Below the pieces are notes generated by a model that did no database searches, was not told where the DNA came from, and saw only the letters and a list, made by a program, of their open reading frames with translations. Shown in pieces: positions 1 through 12,300 of a stretch of 60,246 nt of DNA. A program made the translations under genes and the position numbers. The DNA comes from Saprolegnia diclina VS20. Its lineage: Eukaryota. The stretch is taken from positions 1,260,036 through 1,320,281 of the forward strand of contig NW_008246068.1 in the NCBI RefSeq assembly GCF_000281045.1, read 5' to 3'. Numbering within the stretch: the stretch's first letter is position 1; every line of letters begins with the position of its first letter.

Positions 1-1191
1 TAAGCGGATTGGCTTTGAGATTGCCCAGGCGCCGACCGTGGAAACGGGGCCGAGATTCTTGCCCAATGGTCTTTCATCATACGAGTTGTTCGCAACTTCT
101 GCAGCAACTCGGTTGCCAAATGAGTCGGACGTATTTATCACCAGACAACCAACAACCCACACATACGGTCCGTGAGTCGGCGAGCCGTTGACGCCTATCG
201 GTGGGCGTTGACGTCCAAGGTTGAGAGCATGCACAGGTACTGTTGTATTGAGTGCATTTCCCGACTTGCATCCCAGGCGCGAAAGGGTTAACATAAACAT
301 GGCTCCAACAACAATGTAGTTTCCAGAGTTCCAGCACTTCGGTAGTCACTCTGTACTTGTACTACTAGTACTGACAATGTGCACCGATATGACCTAAACA
401 CACAGCACCGACGATGCACAACCGTCTACAAGCTACATGAACGTTCGTGACGCGCAACCTGTCAGTAGAGCTACTACAAGTTGCATGGGCAGCCACTCAG
501 CGGCCGAATCAACGTGGACAAATCTTGGACACGATTTGTCGGCGCGACTTTTGACTAATTTTTAGGACGGATACTCGTGGTGATGACGCAGCATGTATGT
601 CGCTGCAAGGTGCCACTCTGCAGCAAGCCGGCGCCGCGTCGGAAACTGGCTCCTCACACAAGCTCGGGCCGAGCGCGTTTGGTGGGCGGACTAAAGTACG
701 ACTACATTTGCACGGGCTGACAGGAGACGCGCTGTTTTAATTTCGGCATCGCGGCATGGCACATGCCACTCGAATCTGGCGGCCAACGTGGCGGCCAACG
801 GCATCTGGTCGTTTCACGTTTCGAGCGGCGGCTGGTTGAAGCTCGGATCTGTTTATTAAATCCCAAGTATATTAATAAAACAACATGCCAATTCATCATA
901 CAGTAGCTTAAATAAAGTTGTCCAACGCTAAAAAAAGAGCTTGTCGTTTGGGCGACGAGGCTTTATTATTTCATTCGCTTTTTAAAAACAGCGTGATATT
1001 ATTCCGATCCAAACGCCACTTTTATACAAAACACAAGGCATTGGCTGGCGTTGGCCTTTGAAAAATATATTAAAATATACACCACCGACCAATAAAATGA
1101 CACCGACCACAAGGGTCGGGCAGTCATTTGTCACCGGGTGATTGAGGTCAAGCGCCTTGCCCCGCCGTCCCGTCGCCGCCCGTCGCTCATC

Positions 1192-2888
1192 ATGGTCGCT
1201 GCCTGGAAGAGGCTGCTCCTCGCCGGCGCCGCCATCGTCGCGGCCTACGAATGCCCCAACTCGTGCGGGACGCCGTCCGGGCTCGGCTTTTGCAAGTACA
1301 TTGACTTTCCGACGTGCCGTCTCCAAGAGTCGTGGGACGACCAAGACGTGCTCGCCGCCAAGGCCTTCATGGCGCTTGTCGCGCCCACGAATGCATCGAC
1401 GTACCTCGACGACGACGGCCATTTCGCCGGTTTTGACAACGTGGTCGCGACGCAGCACGCGTTCTTGCTCAACACGACGCACGACTGCCATGTGCTCTTG
1501 CGCCGCATCCAGTGTGGCCTGCACTTTCCCGTCTGCGAGATTGGGAGCGAGTTTAGCCGCATGTGCTACAAGTCGTGCCGCGACACGGTCAAGCTCAAGT
1601 GCCCGGCGCTCATTGGCATTTGTGACAAGGAAGACCCGGCGCTCTTTGAGACGGACAACAAGTGCTTCCAAGTGAGCTACGCGGGGCCCGCGGTGGGCAT
1701 GTGGATCGCCGGCTTTTCGATCTCGCTCGTCTTTTCGATCCTCAACTCGGTTGGCATCAACCTCCAAAAGTACTCGCTCACGCAAAACGACAAGCTGGGC
1801 ACGCAGAAAGGGTCGTTCCAGCAGCCCATGTGGGTGCTCGGCCTGGTGTTTGTGTGTCTCGGCTCGATCCTCGACTTTGTAGCCTTTGGCATGGCGCCCC
1901 AAACGCTCCTCGCGCCCCTCGCCGCGCTCTCGCTGGTCTGGAACATGCTGATCGCGCCATTTTTCCACAAGGAAAAGGTCACGCGCCGCAACCTCGTCGC
2001 GACGTGCATCATCTTTGTCGGCGTGACGCTCACAGTGATTTTTGCGGGCCACTCGACGCCAGCGTACGACCTCGAAGACCTCATCAAGCTCTACCAGACG
2101 CCCGTCATGTACTTTTACATTGTGAGCGTCGTCCTCTTCCTCGTCTCGCTCTTTGCAGCGACGCGCTACATTGAGACCAACCACGTGTACGAAGACGGCC
2201 TCTTCCACATCGTCTGCTACGGTGGCATCGCGGGCACCTTTGGCGGCCAGTCGGTGCTGCTGGCCAAGTCGACGGTCGAGCTCCTCAAGTCGGCGATCTG
2301 GGGCGACGGCGCCGATGCGTTCAAGCACCCGGCCACATACGCCATCATTACGGGCCTCGTCGTGTGTCTTCTCTGCCAGATCACGTTTCTCAACGGCGGT
2401 CTCAAGCGCTTTGACGCGCTCGTCGTCATTCCCGTCTACCAGAGCTTTTGGATTCTCACCAGTGTCCTCGGCGGTATCATGTACTTTGAAGAGTACATCT
2501 CGATGACGCAAACCGAGATGGTCATGTTCACCATGGGCGGCGTCATTACCATCTCTGGTATCATCTACCTCCTCCAGGACGCCCAAGGCTCAAGTGCGCC
2601 CAGCGGCAAGTACCTCGAACTCGCCAACGTACGATCGTCGATGCCTCTTCAAACGAGATCGCTGATGCGACACTGTAGGCGGCGACTCCGTCAGACGCGT
2701 GGAACGCCGACGACTCGGACGAAGAGGTGCACCAGCAGCAGCTCGACGACGACCTTGAAGATCCGCACGGGTCCCCGACCAACCGCCAGACCCAAGTGTC
2801 GCCCACCGACGGTCTCTTCAACGACAACGATGGTGACGCGACCAAGAAGACCAAGGCGGTGACGAGTCCACGCAGCGAGTTTATCTGA
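1192..2888 (+). CDS. NIPA-family (DMT superfamily) Mg2+ transporter-like protein with signal peptide and N-terminal Cys-rich (Frizzled-CRD-like) ectodomain
   Basis: Signal-like MVAAWKRLLLAGAAIVAA; 12-Cys region including C..LLRRIQCGLHFPVC...MCYKSC...C; NIPA motifs GINLQK, LDFVAFGMAPQTLLAPLAALSLVWN, LNGGLKRFDALVVIPVYQ, GGIMYFEEY. A GT-AG intron at 2629-2678 gives an acidic tail ending at TGA 2888. Confidence 0.85.
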
Positions 2889-3169
2889 GTGTGACGCTCT
2901 TCCGATCGGCTTGTGTATAGTAGGTCTACAGCTAGTCATAATAAATCCTTCCACATTGCACAGTTGTCTTCAAGCTTTGTCTTCATCGTCAACCTTGCAG
3001 CGTCACCGCTCGACGTCACTGGTGCTGCTTGGAGGCGTGGTGATAGGCTACGCATGTCGCAGGACGTATTTTTATTCCAATGTTTTATTCCGACTTGATG
3101 TTTGTATGCAATCCCATGCAACCCATTGAATGGGCCTCCGAAAGGTCGATCCTTGTTGCACTTTCTGCG

Positions 3170-5797
3170 ATGCCACCGCGGGCGCTCGGCGGCGTCGCGC
3201 TGGCCGCCATCGCCTTGGTGCTGCTCGCGATCCTGCAGCGCCACGAGGCTGACGCGAGCGAGAGCCTCCTCAGTATTAGCCAGACGGGCGCATGCATCTC
3301 GGTGCTGAGCACGCTCGGTATCATTTGCAGCTACCGGTACTCGAACGACAGTCGGTTCCGGCGCCATCCCAACTCGCTCTTGTACTGGAAGGCGATGACG
3401 GACCTTGCCTACTCGGTACCGTACCTGCTCGGGTATGTGGCCAAGACGACGTCCGATACTGCGCTTGTGTGGATCGTGCTGCCGCACAGCCTCGCGTACA
3501 GCTCCGAGTGCTGGTTCTTCCTCATGGCCTATGACCTCTACAAAAGCGGCACGAATCCCTTTACAAACACGACAAGGCGCCTGCGCTGGTACCATGCGCT
3601 GGCGTGGGGCGTCGGTCTTCTTGCTGCGATAGCGCAGTGGTACGTCATTCCGGCCTATGCGCTCCAGGACGTGGAGGACGACGACAAGTCGGCCATCCGC
3701 ATCGTCTACTACCTCTTTGTCGTTCTCTGCGTCGCGTCGGCCGCCGTCTTTATCGTGCTCGAGAAGCTCTCGCAGCCGCTCGGCGGCATCACCGAGGCGC
3801 TCAAGACGCGCAAAGCCATGCTCATCGCTGCGCGCACGTACACGACGGCGTATGTCATCTACCAGCTGCTCTTGATCGTGCTCTGGGTGCTGCTCGCATT
3901 TGCGTCGCCACGTGGCACGGTCGAGTGGGCGCGGGCTCGGTATCTCGCCAAGCTCCTCACGGGCGCGCGCGGCTTTATGGACCTCGTGCTGTGGTTCTCG
4001 ATCAACCGGCGGCGGCCGGCGTCGCGCCGGTCAACCTCTGCGTCGCGCTCGAGCTCGAGCGAACTCGATGTGGAGCTCCATCCCGAGCTCAATGTGGCAT
4101 TGCGCAAAGAAGTGCTGCATTTTACGACACGGGGTATTGTGGCTGCGTCGCTGCACTCGCACCAGATTCTGGACGCCGACCAGTACCGCGTGCTCATCAA
4201 CTTGCACGAACTTGGCATGCACATCCAGTACGAATTTGGTGGTTTTCGAAGCGATTTGAGTTGTGGACTAGGTTTTACGACTACAAACCGCGCGCATTCC
4301 GGGACATTCGGTCGGGCTTTGGCGTGCGCGAGTCGGCGTACCGAGCGTCGTTCTTGGCCACGTGCCACGAACGCATTGCGTCCGGCGGGTCGTCGGGCGC
4401 GTTTATGTTTTACACGGCCGACTATGTCTTTATCGTCAAAACCATCACCAAGGACGAGCGCCGCGTGCTCTTGGCGATGCTGCCGGCCTACATTCGGTAC
4501 ATGAAGGCGAATCCGGGCAGCCACCTCACGCGGTACGCTGGATCAGTCCTTGATCATGGATCCAAGTTGGTCGTCATACGGTATTTAGGTACTATGGCTG
4601 TCACGCGATTCAAATGTACGGGCAAAAATTTCACTTTCTTGTCATGGGCAACGCCATGGGCAAGGTGAGCATGCACCAGTTCTTTGACCTCAAGGGGTCG
4701 TGGATCAACCGCAATGCCAAGGTACATTTCCGAGGTATAGGGTTCCTTTTGCGATAAGGTATCGTCCTTATGATAGCCGACACCGCCCGGGCAAACTCGC
4801 ATCTGTACCTACTGCAACGAACCGTTCAAAGTCGGGTCGAGGTAGACTACGCGCTGAAAGAGTGGACATGACTAATGCTCCGGGGACGTAGTCAACCGTG
4901 CGAGTTTAGTATCCACGGTGTGCACTTGCCGCACCAAGTGCTTCGCGACAATGATTTCCAGCGGAAAATGCGGCTGCCGGCCGAGATCGGTATCGACATA
5001 CGCGCGTCACGTCGCCGTCTCACATCGGTGTCTAGTCGCATCGATCCTCGCCCAGCTCAAAAAGGACAGCACCTTCCTGGCCGACCAAGGCATTATGGAC
5101 TATAGTCTCTTGCTCAGTATCCACTGCGCGCGCTTCAACGTCGACCCCAACACGATTCGGTTAACGCCCAAGACGCCGCAGCACCACTTTGCGGCGGTGA
5201 CGCGGCACGCACCGACGTGCTACTTGACGCCAAGCCAGATGGGCCCGGCCATGTCGCCCATCACCCTCGAGAGCACATTGGACGATGTACAACAACCTAC
5301 AGCCCATGTCCCATGCGATAGAATCATAAACTCACCGTATATAGGAAGAGTCGAACGTCCTTCAAAGCCGCGGCTGCCGGTTTTCGGTCTACGACGGCGA
5401 CGACGACGTCGAGACGCCATTGTTTCGCAAGTCGTCGGTCGAGTTTGGGACGTTTGAGACTCTCCATCTTGGTGCGGACGACATGGACGACCTCGAAGAA
5501 GGCAGCGTGTCCCGATCCCACTACCAGGATCTGCCGTGGGCCGGCCAGCGTACACTCGACATGTGCGGCTACAAGGCGTGCGCGGTCGTCGGCCCCGATT
5601 ACTATACCTTTGGCATCATCGATATGCTGCAGACGTGGACGTGGCAGAAGCGCGTCGAGCGCTGGTGGAAAGTACATGTGTTGCAGCGCGACGGCAACGG
5701 CATCTCGGCCGCGCCGCCGCCGTTCTATGCGACGCGTTTCCAGTCCAAGATGGAGTCGATCATGACAGTCGGGCACCACGCGGTCGGTGTGCTCTGA
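3170..5797 (+). CDS. GPCR-PIPK: 7TM receptor fused to a phosphatidylinositol-phosphate kinase (multi-exon)
   Basis: TM-rich N-terminal half (RRHPNSLLYWK, DLYKSGTNPFT); linker LRKEVLHFTTRGI fits the LR(x)9GI motif; PIPK motifs GGSSGAFMFYTADYVFIVKT, FDLKGSWINR, LRDNDF, DSTFLADQGIMDYSLL, FGIIDMLQTWTWQKRVE spread over several short exons. Confidence 0.92.
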
Positions 5798-6110
5798 GCT
5801 AATTGTTTGTCCCATTTTCGTTGTTTTTTCATCGTCTTTGCCGCTGTTTATCGTATCACAACGCAATTTCACGCTGGTTGAGCGCATGGATTGTCGTTTC
5901 GTGCATCTGCATACTCTGCACATATCGTCTTCTTTTGGTACATGCAAGTACTTGGTTTAAAGCCGCTCCAAAAACTAGACTTTTTACTGTTTTCAAGGCA
6001 TTTTCACTGTTTTCAGCGCATTTCCACAGTTTTTAGCTCATATATTGTGTCTTTTTGGTCATTTTATATGGTTGTACTTGTCGTATTGTGTACATGTACG
6101 TCGTAAAAGC

Positions 6111-7816
6111 TCAGACAATGTGGGCGCTCAAGGCCACGTACTCGTGGAGCCACTGCAGTGCTTGGAAGCCATTGTGGACGATCGGAGCGTACTCCATCTC
6201 AATCGAGCCCGGGATCGGGTCGGAGAGCGCAAGCAGCGCCGAGAGGTGCGTTCGCGCAATGCTCGGAAATGCATTCTAGCACAACACGTCATGCGGACAT
6301 CTCAAACTCGCTCAACATACCTGGACGGCCTCGGCGATATCGCGGCGGGAGAGACACCCGCGCTCGCCGTCGTCAATAGCTTCGAACGCCGTCGTGAGCG
6401 CGTTCTACTCGATTGAATAAGCCAACGCGACGGCGGGCGAGATACCGAAAATTCGTGCTGGTTCATGCCGTGGACGACAAAATACTCTTCCGAGCTGCGG
6501 TACACGCGCGCGACGCTCGCGAGCTGCGACTGCGTGTCAAAGTCGATCATGCGCAGCACCATGGGCGCGATCCGCTTGGCGAATGCTTCGTAGTTGACGG
6601 CGTCTTCCTCTTCCTCGACGGCTTCGGAGAGCAGGGCGATGATCTGGATCCGCGAGAGGCCGACCCCCGCGAGGCGCAGGGTCGTCTTGAGGGCAGCGAA
6701 CGAGAGGAGACCGGTGCCGTCGTCGTCGCCACTGCGTCGTGATGTAGTATTGCTACTTTGATTCGAACAAGGAGTACCTCGCAAACACCTTGTTGAGCTG
6801 GACTTCGACCACGTCTTCGCTGCGCGGTGTTTCGAGGAGGTCGTTGGCGTGCGCGTACAAGAGCACGTCAAAGATCGTCGGAATGATGTCCGAGTAAATG
6901 ACAATGTTGTCGACGGTCTCGGGCACTTGAAACAATATCAAGTTGATTTCCCGACGCGTCAAGCCCAAGTCGCCATCCTACTCGCATATCCAGACCCCAC
7001 ACAATGATGGCGAAAGACCTGGAGACAGCCCAGGAAGGCGTGGCGCGTGACCGACCCAGCGTTCTCGACGTCGACGTGGTGCAGAATTTCGCGCAAGAGA
7101 CTCTCCATCTCCTCCCGCAAGAGTCCATGCAAGAGCGCGTCCGTGTCCTCGTTGATGGGCACTTCCTTGCCTGCGTTGGCATCGTACAACGGTGATTCAA
7201 TGCTCTACACCGCGGTGTCATCTTCTATTGCTTTTGCAATAGAAGCAAAAGTACCTTGCGCTTCTTGAGCGTCGAGATGACGCGGCTGGCGGCCGCCACA
7301 AAATCTAAATGTCGCCATGGCCATTTGACCTTTGATATTGTCCGTAGTCATACCCGAGTAGGCCACCGAGGCGTTCTCGAGCTCGTCGACTTCGGCGGCG
7401 CAGCGCAAGCGAGCGAGAGGGTTGAGCTTGAGGTAGTCGACCATGTCGGAAAAGGCCTAGTGAAAGTATATCTACAGCCTGGGGGGCGGGGGGGGGCAAC
7501 TTTTCATTACCTTTTTGAAGTCGGCAATGTCAATGTGCCCGGCGCTCGGCGGGTCCGCCGCGCGGAACGTCTGCCAGAGAAAGTCGTCGATTTCTTCGTC
7601 GGCCATCGTCATAAACTTCTCGGTCGCAAACGTCGGCCCGTTGTTGATCCCCGCGCGCTTCTCGGCGAGGTCCTTGAAGTACTTGATCCCGTACTGCAAA
7701 ATGTCTTCGCGCGTCGCAAGCTTCTCTTGCTGCCGAAGCACTTCGCGCGCAAAGTTGCGCAGCGTGTCGGGGAACCCGTCCGGCACCTTGATCGTCTTGG
7801 CATACCGAGAGGCCAT
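6111..7816 (-). CDS. RIIa (PKA regulatory-type dimerization/docking) domain protein with multiple EF-hand-like motifs, possibly flagellar
   Basis: N-terminus VPDGFPDTLRNFAREVLRQQ...DILQYGIKYF is RIIa-like; EF-like segments (FRAADPPSAGHIDIADF, DVENAGSVTRHAF, DDDGTGLLSFAAL, EEEDAVNYEAF); several ~50-nt introns; TGA at 6113-6111. Confidence 0.75.
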
Positions 7817-8177
7817 TGCAGTCTATAATGAACCGTCGCGATCTCCGTCATTGCCACTCTCTGCTTTTTCTACCCGACAATGAAACTTCTGTGTTCTATC
7901 GGTTACAAATACCTGTTTGCGGATCGTCAAGTCGGTTACAAGCGCTGCTCCACGGATCCACTCGGCTTCAGCGCCGATTCACTCCACACTTTAGCACACC
8001 TCCAGACGAGAGTTTGACTACTCAGTTGGCTTTCAAACTAACCATAGACAGCAAGGATGTACTAGGCTTGGCGAGACGTAGTCCATCAAGACCATGAAAA
8101 GAAGGTAGAGATATGAGTTGAGAGAGAGAGAAGAGTAGAGTAGAGAATAGCGCAAGGGAAGCGAGAACCAAGCACAT

Positions 8178-9143
8178 CTAAAGGACACGGCGCTTCTTGG
8201 CCGTGTTCATGTACGGGCGCAGGACCCACTCGTTCTCGGCCTCCTTTTGCTCGAGCGTGCCGAGCTTGATCTGGTAGAGCTGCAACTCGAAGCGGGGACC
8301 GCACTCTTGGAGCTCAACCTCGCGGCCCGTCTTCTTGAACACGTGGTGCCGGAATGAGAGAAAGTCGTCCGTGTTGGAGAACGTAATCACGCGCTTCGAG
8401 TCGGGCTTGGGCACGGGAAATAAATATTTCAAAATGTTGCCCACGCGTTGACCCTAACCCCGCAATATTATTCCATCGCTGGCATAAGGACAATATAAAC
8501 GCACCATGGACGTGTTGAACTTGTCGAGGATGATGTGCGGGTACGCCTCCGAGACCGTCGCGCGGTCCTCAATGTCGTGGCGCATCACGACGTTCTGGAG
8601 CGAAAAGTACGCGGTCGGGCCGTACGGCAAATGACACACGACAAGCCCATCTAGTTGGTAGTATCATGAGACGTCGAGCACGCAAGGGCGAGGGCTCGCA
8701 CCTGGCTCGCCACGCGTTTCGGTGATCATGACCAAGTCCGTAAACTCGTTGGCGCGCGCCGACTCGACGAGGTCGCCGATCGTGTGCGCACCGCGGTTGA
8801 GGCGGACTGCGTTCGGGAAGATGAGCCGGACTTCCTGCGCAAACTTCTTGAGGCGCGCGCTGGGGTCACGCGACGTCGTGATCGCGATCTTCGGGTCAAA
8901 CATGCCAGCGTTCTGGTACTCGTCGTCAATGTGCGACTTGGGCACGATGTGCTTGTCGTCGTCAAACTCGAGCTCGCGACGCAGGTCTTCCTCGACGTTG
9001 CGGAGCTCGGTCGGGATGGCCTTGCCGCCCTCGATGGCCTTCTTGAGCTGCACCTTGCGCTCATACTGGGCGCGCTCCTGGCCCTCGAGACCCTTGCGGT
9101 AGAGGTACTCGCGGCGCATGCGCACGTTGCGGCGGACGGACAT
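8178..9143 (-). CDS. IMP4: U3 snoRNP protein IMP4 (Brix domain), 3 exons
   Basis: MSVRRNVRMRREYLYRK; DPKIAITTSRDPSARLKKFAQE; HLPYGPTAYFSL; ELQECGPRFELQLYQIKLGTL; EWVLRPYMNTAKKR. Confidence 0.96.
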
Positions 9144-9329
9144 GCTGCTGCTGCTTGCGGTCTTGTGCACTTGTGGCCGGCCAATTCATTGGTCGGTGCG
9201 GAAATTCTATTTTCGCCGCTTTTGATTGGCCGCAAGGTCCGAATTTTGGCCAATCCAACACGTTCCACCAATGGTTCTAACTAATATATTGGTGGCGTTG
9301 GCGCTTTGAAAGCTCATTCGGCCTTGAAG
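9144..9329. promoter_or_regulatory. Compact bidirectional promoter (IMP4/MPP10) with several CCAAT boxes and an oomycete Inr-like GCTCATTC
   Basis: 186 bp between divergent ATGs; CCAAT/ATTGG at ~9181, 9188, 9225, 9250, 9268 and 9288; GCTCATTCG at ~9312 just before the MPP10 ATG. Confidence 0.7.
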
Positions 9330-11524
9330 ATGACGGAAGCTGCCACGTTCCGCGATGATGTGCTCGAGAAGCCCGAGGTAGACGCGCTACATGCAGATGC
9401 TGGAGGAAGATGGAGATGCCATGGTGCTTTGTAGGCCTTCTTCACGCCCTCGGACGACGTCGCGACGACGATTGCCCACTTCACAAAGTACCTCTTTGAC
9501 CAAGGTAGATCCATCGACATGCTGCATGGACATGGAGATGCATGAAGCATGGTCTAGGCAAGCAGTGTCCTACGACGCCCAAGACGCCATTGGATACGCT
9601 CTACGTCGATGGCTTTGATGCGGACCAGATCTGGGAGCAGCTCAAGTTGCAGGTGCAACCGATACATTGCGGCAGGCGTCTGACCCTCGCGTAGAACGAA
9701 CCTGTGGCCAAGGAAGTCGGTCGCTACGTCAAGCGCGTCGTCAAGAACCCGAAATCGGTCGTGCTCTTCCATGCGGGTGCGGACGAGGACGAGCAAGCCG
9801 ACGACGACGATGAGATGGACAACGACGATGACGACAACGAGAAGGACGACAACGAGCTGTCGGTCGAAGAAGAGCAGGACGAAGATGACGACGAGGCTAT
9901 GAACAGCGACGACGACGATGATGAGGCCCCGAAGAAGAAGCGTGCGGCGCCCAAGAAGGCGTCCAAGAAGCGCAAGCGCGTGCCGGACGCGGAAGGTATC
10001 GAGGACGGCTTCTTTGACTGGGACGAGATGGAGAAGGCGGCGGAAGAGGTACTTCTCTGCGATGACGAGGATGATCTAGTAGGCATGCTCACCCCGACGC
10101 TAGGAAGAGAACGAAGACTCGATGGACGACGACGCCGAGGATCTCGAGGACGACGACGAAGACGACGACGATGAGGATGAAGATGGCTTGTTTGAAGACG
10201 GCGGGGTGAACGAGAAGAAGGCCACGTACAAGGATTTCTTCGAGGGCGGCAGCGACGACGACGCCGATGGCGGCAACGACGACGATGAGGACGAAGTCGA
10301 AGCCGAGGTCGACGCCGAGGACGCGGCATCGGACGACGAAGACAACGCGCCATCGACGTCCTCCAACAAGCGCAAGGCGCTCACCGAGGACGAAGAGGAA
10401 GACGTCGCGGAGCGTGGCATTCTCTCGTCGCACCAGCGGCGGATGGCCAACTTGCACTCGCAGATCGAGTCGCTCGAAGAAGAGGCGCTTGGCGACAAGC
10501 CGTGGGCGCTCAAGGGTGAGGTCAAGGCCGCGGCCCGCCCCGAAAACAGTCTGCTCGAAGCCACGCTCGAATACGACCGGCCGACGCGCGTCGCGCCGAC
10601 GATCACGGTCGAGGTGACGCAGGCGCTCGAAGAGATCATCAAGGAGCGCATTCGCGAAGACCAGTACGACGACGTCATTCGCAAGTTTGCTGTCAACGAG
10701 AACGCGCAGCGCGAGGTGGCCGACCTCAGCATGGAGAAGAGCAAGGAAGGTCTTGGCGACATTTACGAGAAGGAGTACATGAAGAACGCGATGGGCTTTG
10801 AAGACACGTCGGACATGAAGAAGGAGCAGGAAGAGATTGAAGCCATGTTCCAAAAGCTCTGCTGGAAGCTAGACGCGCTCTCCAACTTTCACTTTACGCC
10901 CAAGCCCGTCGTGCGCGAGATGGCGGTGCAGTCGACCGCGCCCGCTATTACGATGGAAGAGGTTGGGATGCTCCATAAGACTCGGCGACTCATGCGATGT
11001 AGGCGGTGCCGATCGGTGTCAGCGACGCCACCATGGCCGCGCCCGAAGAAGTCTACGACAAGAAGCGCAAGCGGTACGCACACATAGCCCGCTGTCGCCG
11101 CTCATCCGTCATGTATAGCGACGCGGTTGTCCGGTCCCAAGAAGAAATGTCCCAGGACGAGCGCAAGGCTGCTCGCAACGTACGCTTCCGTGGTTCTTGC
11201 AGGCGTCATCTCACCTGTTATTAGGCCAAGAAGCACGCGCGCCGGAAAGAGCGCAAGCAAAAGGACGCGGACGAGCGCCTCGTGGCCAAGATCAACCCGG
11301 GCATGGGCAACAAGTACGAGAAGAAGAAGATGCTCGAAGGGCTCACGGCCAAGAACGTCACCAAGGGAAAGGAAATCGAGGGCTCGACCCGGCAGTTCTC
11401 CAACTCGTCCGAGTTTTTCACCAAGCTCCAAGCGGACGCCAGCAAGACGATCGACCAGCACCGCGCCGAGAAGGCCGCGGCCAAGAAGGCCGACGCCAAG
11501 TCGGCGTCGTTCTACAAGCTATAA
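9330..11524 (+). CDS. MPP10: U3 snoRNP protein MPP10 (multi-exon)
   Basis: LYVDGFDADQIWEQL; long acidic tracts; KPWALKGEVKAAARPENSLLE; LSMEKSKEGLGDIYEKEY; KLDALSNFHFTPKP; SSEFFTKLQ; ends ...SFYKL. Confidence 0.95.
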
Positions 11525-11784
11525 TTGCTATAATTCTACTCTATTCGCCTACACCAACGTGCTAGCATCCATCCTGTAGGCAACGGGGTAGGGTTATTGT
11601 CCCTGCTCACAGCGTGCTTTTACATTTCCACCGATTTCGACTAGGGTTAACCTCGTGTTTTCTCAAGGCAGATTTTGGTCGAGCTCTTTGGTTGAGGTTT
11701 TGCATTGGGGTAGCGTGCAATCTAGCGGAGGGATCGTGTACTACGTGGGACGTAGTTTGGACTCGTCGGTGCACGGGATCATGT

Positions 11785-12025
11785 TGCAAATGCCTATGTC
11801 GGCCAGCACAAGCGCGCCGCCTTCGAGCGTCATCTCCTTGGCGATCTGTTCGTCCTCAATCGCGGCCGTGAGACCGACGCCACAACTGCCCTTGCCCGTC
11901 GTGTAGATGTCTCTCGCAGGTCGATGGAGGAGCTGCCTCTTGGCCCCACCAGGGTCACCCATGAGGAGTACGTTGATGCCATATTCATGCCTTCGTGCAT
12001 GCGCTTGGCAACGCCGCCAATCTTC
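11785..12025 (-). pseudogene. MCM7: Isolated, degenerate MCM7-like AAA+ gene fragment
   Basis: [11 protein letters not shown] in one frame, then [17 protein letters not shown]...[16 protein letters not shown]...[17 protein letters not shown] in another. Frameshift, altered Walker A, and similarity ends before the CIDEFDKM Walker B. Confidence 0.85.
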
Positions 12026-12031
12026 ATCACG

Positions 12032-12155
12032 ACAATGTCGCGACAGGGTCACAACAACGTCGTAACTGTGTCATAACAACGTCGTGACAATGTGACGACA
12101 ACGTCGCGACAGCGTCGCGACAATAATGTTACCACAACATCGTAACAATGTTACG
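12032..12155. repeat. Degenerate 11-bp minisatellite (consensus ~ACAACGTCGYG), ~11 copies
   Basis: acaatgtcgcg/acagggtcaca/acaacgtcgta/actgtgtcata/acaacgtcgtg/acaatgtgacg/acaacgtcgcg/acagcgtcgcg/acaataatgttacc/acaacatcgta/acaatgttacg. Confidence 0.85.
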
Positions 12156-12300
12156 TCTGAACATCGCGGCGTCTCCGTGCTATGGCACGAACCCGGCAAC
12201 CACCGGGTGCCCTCGCTGCGCTCGTGCCGCGCTTCGCGCAAAAATTCGTTATTCAATGAAAAGATGTCCAACAAACAACTTGGAAATGTATCAATTAGTA

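Noticed and set aside
982..2586. Long antisense ORFs here and at 19836-21554, 22991-23995, 51945-54554 and 59123-60244
   Set aside because: Shadow ORFs produced by GC3-biased codon usage on the real coding strand; no motifs of their own.
3170..5797. GPCR-PIPK fusion as a novel system
   Set aside because: Already an established oomycete family; reported as a feature only.
12032..12155. Short repeat arrays (also 40865-40929 and 48465-48525) as possible CRISPR arrays
   Set aside because: Tandem units with no unique spacers, no cas genes, and a eukaryotic context.
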